A stretch of DNA of 64,000 nt, from the NCBI GenBank assembly GCA_000146465.1, contig CP001952.1; one strand, given 5' to 3'. Made by a program: the position numbers and the translations under genes. This document shows positions 56,819-64,000 of the stretch, piece by piece. The notes beneath the pieces were generated by a model. The model was given only the letters and a program-made list of their open reading frames with translations, had not been told where the DNA came from and made no database searches. Each line of letters opens with the position of its first letter. The stretch's first letter is position 1.

Positions 56819-57787
56819 TTAATTCTTCATCCTTTTCTTCTGTCTGTTTGCATAATCCTGGTAGTTCGAGATTATCCTGTTAACTATGTGCTCCGCAGAG
56901 AGATAGCTGAACCTATTTTCGGCATAGCTGTGCTCCACAACCTCTTTAATGCTATCGTATCTCGATAGATCCTTTGTGTCGAAAGAGGTCCCTACAATGT
57001 CGATTCCATGCTTCTCAATAAACTCCTTTCCAATCAGATAGGGCGAAATAATTACCTCGTCAACATATTTACATGACACCAATGTAAGCATTCTCTCCTT
57101 GGTCGTCATCACGGGATAGTTTCTAGTGTATTCCCTTGTGGTCTCGTCGTCATGTATCCCAACAACAAGATAGTCTCCCATTTCTCTTGCTATTTTCAAG
57201 GATACAACATGTCCGGCATGGAACAAATCAAAATTCCCATCTATAAACACCACTTTTCCTTTCCTTTCCCTTTTCATCGAGCTCACAAATAGCTCAAGCA
57301 ACTGATCATGGTATCTAGAGTTTTTGTTGCTTTCTTTGTGTTCTCCATCCAAGCAGGTTCCCCTATTCTTCAGCATCATCCGCCCGACAGTCTCAGTCGT
57401 CGAGATTCCAACCGTCCTCTCCACCTCTCTGAATATACCTGTCCTTCTCACTTGGAAGTACGAGTCCTGTCCCTTCGAATCGAGTATTATGTCGTTTCCA
57501 TGTGCTACTATACTTGCCCCGTATTCCCTAACCATGCTCATCTCTGTGACAAATGGTGCATCCTTGACAATCTCATCTACGTATCTGCATCTCTGGACGA
57601 CCTCATACCTCTCGTCATCCTCCATCACAGGTAATCCCTTTTCTCGGTTTATGCTGAGAGATGAATGAACTCCGGCTATCAGATAATCCCCCAATGCTTT
57701 GGACTGCCTTAGCGCATTTGCATGGCCGTAGTGGAACATATCAAAGCACCCGTCAGCCCAGACCTTTTGGATCTCCTTGGATGCCAT
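56819..57787 (-). CDS. ECT1: ethanolamine-phosphate cytidylyltransferase (ECT/PCYT2), tandem cytidylyltransferase domains
   Basis: Two CTP-transferase HxGH motifs (GCFDMFHYGHANALRQSK and GNFDLFHAGHVVSLKIARE). Duplicated-domain architecture typical of ECT. GGG motif adjacent to start. Confidence 0.85.
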   Translation of the reverse strand: MASKEIQKVWADGCFDMFHYGHANALRQSKALGDYLIAGVHSSLSINREKGLPVMEDDERYEVVQRCRYVDEIVKDAPFVTEMSMVREYGASIVAHGNDIILDSKGQDSYFQVRRTGIFREVERTVGISTTETVGRMMLKNRGTCLDGEHKESNKNSRYHDQLLELFVSSMKRERKGKVVFIDGNFDLFHAGHVVSLKIAREMGDYLVVGIHDDETTREYTRNYPVMTTKERMLTLVSCKYVDEVIISPYLIGKEFIEKHGIDIVGTSFDTKDLSRYDSIKEVVEHSYAENRFSYLSAEHIVNRIISNYQDYANRQKKRMKN

Positions 57788-58108
57788 TTGTTTGGGAAAG
57801 GTTCTACTTAATTATAAAGAAATTAAAATGTTTTAGATTAAAACTAGATGGATGCCCAAGAGTAAGCCTCATTCAGTTGGGTAGAACCATACCTAACAGC
57901 ATTATTCTATTGCAATGATGAAAGAAATCACTTAAGATGGCCCTTTCGGCATCGTCCGAGGACTTTCCATAGAGCTCATATGTGCTCCAACGCTGTTCTT
58001 CGGACATCCATGGGCATTTCTGGAAACTCCTAAAAATATAAAATTTTTGCTTCCAGCTTCCAACCAGAGTCCAACTAAAAAAGAAGCAGTACCAACATTA
58101 TTTAAGAT

Positions 58109-59426
58109 TAATTTAATTCAATTTCCGGCAGGATGCAGATATTAAACCAGTTATTAGTGGATGCGGCTGGTTAGGCCTTGCAGTGAACTCAGGATGGAAT
58201 TGTACTCCGACAAAAAACGGATGCGATGTAAGCTCAAAGATCTTTGCTGCTCTTCTCTCGTCGCTGAATCCTACAAACCTCAGGCCATACGAACATAGTG
58301 AGGAAACCTCGGATCGAACAACCTCGAACCGATGTCGGTGCCTCTCTCGGATCTTCTCCGCTCCAGAGTACAACCTCTTCACAAGTCCGTCCTCAAGCTC
58401 CACCTCGTATCCCCCAACTCGCAGTTTCTTATCAACCACTCCGTTCTTGTCGCTGATAAACCTGACAACAAGGTTCTTCCCAGACGGGTTAAACTCCTCG
58501 GAAGATGCATCCTTCATCCCAAGAACGTTCCTGCACATCTCGATAATCGATAGTTGGTATCCAAGACAGATCCCAAGAAGAGGAATCCTGTTTTCCCGTG
58601 CATACCGGATCGCCGAGATCTTCCCCTCGATCCCCCGTGCTCCAAATCCTCCCGGAATGATAATTCCATTGCACTTCTCAAGATCCTCTGTGGTGTACGA
58701 GTCTGCATTGATCCATTCAATCTCAACATTCACCCCCACAGACGCCCCAGAGAACCTCAATGCATGCACAAGAGACGTGTAGCTGTCAAACTCCGGCGAG
58801 TACTTCCCCACTATCCCGATCCTTACTGTGTCCTCGTGCTTCTGCACAAGTCGTTCAAACGTCTCAAGTATCTCCCGATCCCCCTCCTTCGACGAAATCC
58901 CAAGCACCTTGTTCAGCGACTCAACCATTCCGTGCTCTTCAAGGAACTTCGGCACAAGATACACCGACTCCAGATTCGGAAGCCCAAACACATTCCCAGG
59001 CTCCACCCAGCAGTTCTTCGATATCTTCTCCCGCGTCTCCTTGCTGGGGTCCCGCACTCCCCTGCACACAATGATGTCGTAGCTGAGCCCGAATCTCCTG
59101 AAGTTCCTGCACCCCATCTGGATACTCTTTGTTTTCTGCTCCCCACTCTCTAGCTCTACAAGATGGTCTACAGACACAAATGCACAGTTGCTCCTTCCAA
59201 CAATTCTCTGGAACTTTGCAAAGGCGTCTGTGTATATAGACGACTCGCTCTCTCCAACAGTTCCCCCAAGCTCGATAATCACCACGTCTGGGATGACCCT
59301 ACGTCCGCTCTTGAAGTCTTCCACAGGAGTCTCCGCCACCATCTTAATTCTTCTGATAACATCGTCTATTGCATGTGGATTAATCTGTAATGTCTTTCCA
59401 AGAAAATGACCCTCCTTCTCACGCTT
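58109..59426. repeat. copy 2 of the 1318-bp exact direct repeat
   Basis: See copy 1. Same orientation. Identity ends inside the CDS at ~codon 98. Confidence 0.85.
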
Positions 59427-59720
59427 GATCATTTCAAAAAAAATCTTTCCAGACGTTATTGCATTTGAAGCCTCAAGGTTGATGCTACTGAATCTTTCGT
59501 AGTTTCCAAGATCAAGATCGCACTCAGACCCATCTTCAAGGACATAGACCTCGCCATGCTCAGAAGGTGCAAGCATCCCTGCATTATAATTGAAGTATGG
59601 ATCAATCTTTATATGTGTTACGACGTGTCCTCTTGACTTTAGTAAAGCACCCACGCTACTACTTACTACGCCTTTTCCGGCTCCAGAGATAACTCCTCCG
59701 GAAACAAAAATGTACTTCAT
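58113..59720 (-). CDS. URA8: CTP synthase, paralog B (535 aa)
   Basis: P-loop GGVISGAGKG. From residue ~98 (IKREKEGHFLGKTLQINPHAIDD...) to the stop, the protein and underlying DNA are identical to paralog A. The N-terminal ~97 aa are ~60% identical. Confidence 0.9.
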   Translation of the reverse strand: MKYIFVSGGVISGAGKGVVSSSVGALLKSRGHVVTHIKIDPYFNYNAGMLAPSEHGEVYVLEDGSECDLDLGNYERFSSINLEASNAITSGKIFFEMIKREKEGHFLGKTLQINPHAIDDVIRRIKMVAETPVEDFKSGRRVIPDVVIIELGGTVGESESSIYTDAFAKFQRIVGRSNCAFVSVDHLVELESGEQKTKSIQMGCRNFRRFGLSYDIIVCRGVRDPSKETREKISKNCWVEPGNVFGLPNLESVYLVPKFLEEHGMVESLNKVLGISSKEGDREILETFERLVQKHEDTVRIGIVGKYSPEFDSYTSLVHALRFSGASVGVNVEIEWINADSYTTEDLEKCNGIIIPGGFGARGIEGKISAIRYARENRIPLLGICLGYQLSIIEMCRNVLGMKDASSEEFNPSGKNLVVRFISDKNGVVDKKLRVGGYEVELEDGLVKRLYSGAEKIRERHRHRFEVVRSEVSSLCSYGLRFVGFSDERRAAKIFELTSHPFFVGVQFHPEFTARPNQPHPLITGLISASCRKLN

Positions 59721-59889
59721 TTTAGGGGAGTGCTTTTGATTCTTTAAATACTTATAAATTGCTTAACGCTTATATTAATAATGTCAAAGATAAATATTTA
59801 ACAGTTCTGGATTACCGTTGGAATGTAAACGGGCTTAGGTAGCCAAGAACGAATACGCTTCTAGCGAAATTTATGGAAGCCCTTCGAGA

Positions 59890-61521
59890 ATGAAGAAATT
59901 TATAACGAGTGCTTTACCTTATGTAAACAATCAGCCGCATCTTGGAAACGTCATAGGAAGCGTTCTTAGCGGGGATGTGTACAGCAAATACTGCAAAAAG
60001 AAGGGAGAGACTTGCCTGTATATCTGTGGAACAGACGAATATGGGACAGCCATTGAGATGGAGGCTGTTTCTCAAGGACGACCTCCTTTGGAGATTTGTG
60101 AGGAGAACAGGAGGCTTCACAAACAGGTCTATGACTGGTTCAACATCGACTTCGATTACTTTGGATTTACTTCGACACCCGAACACACAGAGATGGTGCA
60201 GAGTCTCTTCATGAAGATGTACAACAACGGACATTTCAAGGAGCTGGAGATTGAGCAGTTCTATTGTGGGAACTGTGGGATATTTCTTGCAGACAGGTAT
60301 GTTGTGGGAGAATGCAAGTTCTGTGGAGATCTGGGAGCCAAAGGAGACCAATGTGATGCATGTGGGCAGACATACAATTTTCTCGAGCTCCTGTCTCCAA
60401 AGTGTTCTATATGCAGTACTGTGCCTATTATTAGATCTACTTGCCATCTGTTCTTTGATCTAGAGATGTTCCGGCCTCATCTTTTGGAGACCTACAAGGA
60501 AAATGGTCATCTGTGGAGCCAGAATGCTCAGAATATATTCAACCAGTGGATTTCGATGGAATTCCACCCAAGATGTATGACAAGAGATTTGAAGTTCAGG
60601 TGGGGGGTTCCTGTTCCTTTGGAAAAGTTTAAGGAAAAGGTTTTCTATGTGTGGTTTGATGCGCCGATAGGATATCTGACGTTTTTAAAGGAGCTTGTTG
60701 GAGAGGACTTTTCTGAATGGTGCAAGGACTCGGAGCTTGTACAGTTTATGGGGAAGGACAATGTGGCGTTCCACACCATTATATTTCCCGCCATGATCTA
60801 TGCAACTGGAGAGAAGTATCCGATAATCAAAAGACTGTCTGCAACCGAGTACCTACAGTTTGAGAACCAAAAGTTCTCGAAGAGCAGAAGACATGGGATC
60901 TTTGGGCTGGATCTTGTTAAGGGGAACCTCGGGAAGCCCTGCATCTGGAGATACTATCTGATGAAGATACGGCCGGAGTCAACAAAGGATTCTAACTTCA
61001 CCTTTTACGACTTCCAGCAGTCTGTGACGGCAGACTTGATCAACAACCTTGGGAATTTTGTGAACCGTGTGTTGAAATATATAGAATCCAGGTGCAACTC
61101 GAGAGTATCGCTTCTCGAGCTTGATGAAAAGGATAAGGAGTTTGTTGAGGACATTAATGGGCTTTATCGTAGATATATAACAAAGATGGACGAGATAAAG
61201 CTGAGAGAGGGACTACAGGTGGTCATGGAGATCTCAAGACGCGGGAACGAGTATATTCAGGAGGGAGTCCGGAACAAAGCCAGGAAGTCTCATTTTTTCT
61301 GCCTTGGATTTAGTGTGGTTGGGTTTTTGGCGACTCTCTTGTATCCCTTTATGCCTGTTGCTTCTGTAGAAATTTTAAGGATGTGTAATCTCGAGGAGAC
61401 AGGGCTTCCAGAGTCGATTCAGATAATTGATGGACATATGATAGGAGGCAGGATATGCCCATTGTTTGAAAACTTCACTCCCGAGCAGCTTGAAGAAATG
61501 AAGAAGTATGGCAGCTCGTAA
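59890..61521 (+). CDS. MES1: methionyl-tRNA synthetase
   Basis: Class-I HIGH-region variant (ALPYVNNQPHLGNVIG), zinc knuckles (CGNCG...CKFCG...CDACG...CSIC), KMSKS-type motif KFSKS, and an anticodon-binding domain. Confidence 0.9.
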   Translation: MKKFITSALPYVNNQPHLGNVIGSVLSGDVYSKYCKKKGETCLYICGTDEYGTAIEMEAVSQGRPPLEICEENRRLHKQVYDWFNIDFDYFGFTSTPEHTEMVQSLFMKMYNNGHFKELEIEQFYCGNCGIFLADRYVVGECKFCGDLGAKGDQCDACGQTYNFLELLSPKCSICSTVPIIRSTCHLFFDLEMFRPHLLETYKENGHLWSQNAQNIFNQWISMEFHPRCMTRDLKFRWGVPVPLEKFKEKVFYVWFDAPIGYLTFLKELVGEDFSEWCKDSELVQFMGKDNVAFHTIIFPAMIYATGEKYPIIKRLSATEYLQFENQKFSKSRRHGIFGLDLVKGNLGKPCIWRYYLMKIRPESTKDSNFTFYDFQQSVTADLINNLGNFVNRVLKYIESRCNSRVSLLELDEKDKEFVEDINGLYRRYITKMDEIKLREGLQVVMEISRRGNEYIQEGVRNKARKSHFFCLGFSVVGFLATLLYPFMPVASVEILRMCNLEETGLPESIQIIDGHMIGGRICPLFENFTPEQLEEMKKYGSS

Positions 61522-61582
61522 CATATGGAATTTCCAAATAAACTTTTCTTAATATTTGTCATTGGAGTCTTGAGTCCTTGTG

Positions 61583-64000
61583 ATGAGCAATGAGGATCAT
61601 TCAAGGGAGTCGGCTCGGAAAAGGATGTCTGAATGGGACGAAGAAGTAGACCCTGGGAGGGAGAATGTAAGCAAATGGGAGATTACACCACGCACAGCAA
61701 CACAGTCGAAGAGGTTGAAATGGGATCAGACGCCCTTGGGATACATAAGGGTAGAAGACGACTTGTGGAGGAGATCCGGAATGGGCTCTGGAGCGATTTG
61801 GGACAGAGAAACCCAAGACACGGGAGGGATGGCCGAGTACTCCGAGATGTCTTTAAGAGAGATAAACATGTGTCTACCGTCGAAAGGTTACAGGAGATAC
61901 GATTTTGTCCAGACCTTTGGAAATGAAGATCCAAGCATAGCAGATTTGCCTGATATTCCAGCCGAGGAAAGAGATTTCTTCATGCCTTTACTCGAGGCTG
62001 GGGATGGGGATGAGGTTGATATATACAAGGGCATACTACTAGTGAAGAATGGAAGTAAGAAGATGAGCATCCGTGGTCTTAGGATTCTTAAAAGCAAGGA
62101 AGTGAACCATGTGCTGGAGAAAGTGCTTCTTATGGCAATGAGCCTGGAACTTGACGACAAAGATAAAGGAAAGATAGGAGGTTTACTTTATTCTCTTTTG
62201 GATGGAGTGGACATGGATGGAGTAAAGTATGTACGGGAAATATTATTTGTGGTGGGGTCATACTCCTACTTTCTTTCTCTCCGAAGGATGTGTATACCTG
62301 TACTCGCTCTTGTCTATAAGCGAGGATTTGATTTTTCAGTAAAGAGCATTGAAGGAGCTTTTGGAAGTAAGGAGGGATATGTTCGGGAGATGGCAGGACA
62401 TGTAGTGGGCACTTTTGTGGATCATTTTGGGATGGAAAGAACCCACACTCTCCTGGAATCTTTAGCAGGAAGGAAGGACACTGAGTCTAGAAGAGCCTGT
62501 GCAAAATGTATCACAGCAATCTGTGAGTTCATAGGAAGGAGAGTTGTTCCCTACCTGGGGCCAGTGCTAGGAACACTTTGTAAACTGATTACAGACAGAA
62601 ATAGATTTGTAAGAATGGATGCAGCCAACACAATGTCCTACATATCCAAGGTTGTGAGCCCGGTCAGGACTGCACAGATGGACAGTGTTTTTGAACTTCT
62701 TAAGAAGGAGATATCGAGGTCTGGAGAAATCGAGTTCAACTCTCTCTTGAATGCGATGTCGCATCTATGTTCCAATAATAAGGAGCATTCCAAGGTAGTT
62801 TTTGGCTTCCTGAAAGCTTCTAGGAAGAAAGAGATTCCAAATATTAAGGCCTTCGAGAGGATCTGCAATGAAATTGAAGCCGAAGACTCTTGGGAGTACT
62901 TTGACCAAATTTCCGGGATTCTTTTTTCCTCTAAGGGAAGAGACAATGCAAATCTGGTTATAAGCATCTGTATTAAGATTGGAAGTGAGCCTAGAGTATT
63001 CAAAAGAATTCTGGACCACTATAGCAATCCTTTGAATGCAGGAATGATCTCAAGGATATTTAGCAAAGTCCAAAAGCTGAAGTTTGAGGGAGAGGAGGTG
63101 GAGATATACTTGAGGGCCATATGTAATGCCATCCGCAGTGATGAAACTACAGCTAGTCTTGTACTTCCGCTTGCCTCTAAGATGTTTCTACAAAAGAGAC
63201 ATGTGTCGGTACTGGCATCCGAGTCATTCAAGCTTCTAAAGAATCCCTCACAGGACGTCCGAATCAGAAGTCTCAAAGCCATCGATGGCCTTGCGAAGAT
63301 CTTAGAAAGAAAAGAACTGATGCACTATGGAAACATTCTGATGGAGAATGTGGATGGAAGCGACCAGGACACACTATCCTTTGTTATTAAGGCAATATGC
63401 AGTATATACAACTCTTATCGGTTCCGGCCGGCCTCGGAGATTGTACCAACCATCCTTCCGATTCTAAAGTCCAGAGAGCAAAGGACGGTTGCATCTTGTG
63501 TGGCTCTCCTTCGCACTATATGCATGAATGCACCTGAGGAATGTGAAAAGATAAGCATGAGAGAATGGATGAGGATATCTTATGAGTTGATTGCTACACT
63601 GTCTTCCTGGAGCAAAGAGATTCGAAGGAACACCACAGTGTCACTAGGATGCATCTCCAGGATAGTTGGCCCCCAAGAGATACTGGACATCCTTATGGAC
63701 AGTCTTGAATCCGAGGACAAGAACCAAAGGGCCGGGTCCTCACTCGGGATTTCTGTGGTAGGGGAGTACAATGGGATATTTTCTATTCTCCCAACTCTCT
63801 TGGCAGACTACGGAGCACCAAGTGCCTTTGTACAACAAGGAATACTTAAGGCCATGTGCCACTTCTTCCAACAGACATATCGGGTTCCTCTCAGATATGT
63901 ATACTCGATACTCCCTATGATCGAAGATGCAATGATGGATGAGGACCCGTCATATCGAAGTCTTGGAATGGACCTTATTAGACACATAGTGTTGAACCAT
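61583..64000 (+). CDS. HSH155: splicing factor SF3b1 (SF3b155/Hsh155), 3'-partial. The ORF runs off the window end.
   Basis: Frame open from 61574 to 64000 with no stop, hence absent from the ORF track. N-terminal KRLKWDQTP (the SF3b1 RWDETP motif). HEAT repeats. The C-terminal part is collinear with human SF3B1 (ILPILKSREQRTVASCVALL...MREWMRISYELIATL...ILKAMCHFFQQT...SILPMIEDAMMDEDPSYR versus [20 protein letters not shown]...AREWMRICFELLELL...VLKSLSFLFEYI...AVTPLLEDALMDRDLVHR). Confidence 0.85.
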   Translation, partial: MSNEDHSRESARKRMSEWDEEVDPGRENVSKWEITPRTATQSKRLKWDQTPLGYIRVEDDLWRRSGMGSGAIWDRETQDTGGMAEYSEMSLREINMCLPSKGYRRYDFVQTFGNEDPSIADLPDIPAEERDFFMPLLEAGDGDEVDIYKGILLVKNGSKKMSIRGLRILKSKEVNHVLEKVLLMAMSLELDDKDKGKIGGLLYSLLDGVDMDGVKYVREILFVVGSYSYFLSLRRMCIPVLALVYKRGFDFSVKSIEGAFGSKEGYVREMAGHVVGTFVDHFGMERTHTLLESLAGRKDTESRRACAKCITAICEFIGRRVVPYLGPVLGTLCKLITDRNRFVRMDAANTMSYISKVVSPVRTAQMDSVFELLKKEISRSGEIEFNSLLNAMSHLCSNNKEHSKVVFGFLKASRKKEIPNIKAFERICNEIEAEDSWEYFDQISGILFSSKGRDNANLVISICIKIGSEPRVFKRILDHYSNPLNAGMISRIFSKVQKLKFEGEEVEIYLRAICNAIRSDETTASLVLPLASKMFLQKRHVSVLASESFKLLKNPSQDVRIRSLKAIDGLAKILERKELMHYGNILMENVDGSDQDTLSFVIKAICSIYNSYRFRPASEIVPTILPILKSREQRTVASCVALLRTICMNAPEECEKISMREWMRISYELIATLSSWSKEIRRNTTVSLGCISRIVGPQEILDILMDSLESEDKNQRAGSSLGISVVGEYNGIFSILPTLLADYGAPSAFVQQGILKAMCHFFQQTYRVPLRYVYSILPMIEDAMMDEDPSYRSLGMDLIRHIVLNH

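Noticed and set aside
61633-61926. 97-aa plus-strand ORF listed in the track
   Set aside because: It is a different frame from the long SF3b1 ORF (61583 to beyond 64000), which carries the conserved KWDQTP motif and HEAT repeats. The 97-aa ORF is an overlapping out-of-frame artefact.

Overview
This window reads as a very gene-dense eukaryotic nuclear segment of microsporidian (Encephalitozoon-like) type. I count about 55 protein-coding genes on both strands in 64 kb, with spacers mostly under 150 bp and a recurring CCC/GGG motif next to start codons. There is one elongator tRNA-Met and no rRNA. A mitochondrial-type Hsp70 and a Pam16-like J-protein fit a mitosome-bearing organism, and a secreted chitin deacetylase fits a chitinous spore wall.

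Five things stand out:
- Three ultrashort spliceosomal introns (24-29 nt): one in a BolA-like gene and two in a PGS1-like gene. All share the architecture GTAAGT ... TAATTT-N1-2-AG.
- Several spliceosome genes sit in the same window: SF3b1, an SF3b3/CPSF160-family gene, a DEAH helicase and an LSm protein.
- There are two CTP synthase paralogs 46.9 kb apart. Their 3' 1318 bp are 100% identical and their first ~97 codons only ~60% identical, giving a mosaic direct repeat.
- The SF3b3/CPSF160-family gene is split into two ORFs in different frames. By my reading, one extra base in a T5/A5 run would fuse them.
- Two Kennedy-pathway enzymes (ECT, CPT/EPT) and PGS1 are present.

Several ORF-track starts use TTG or GTG. 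I moved those to the first in-frame ATG, which usually coincides with the CCC/GGG motif. Coordinates I derived by hand may be off by 1-2 nt.
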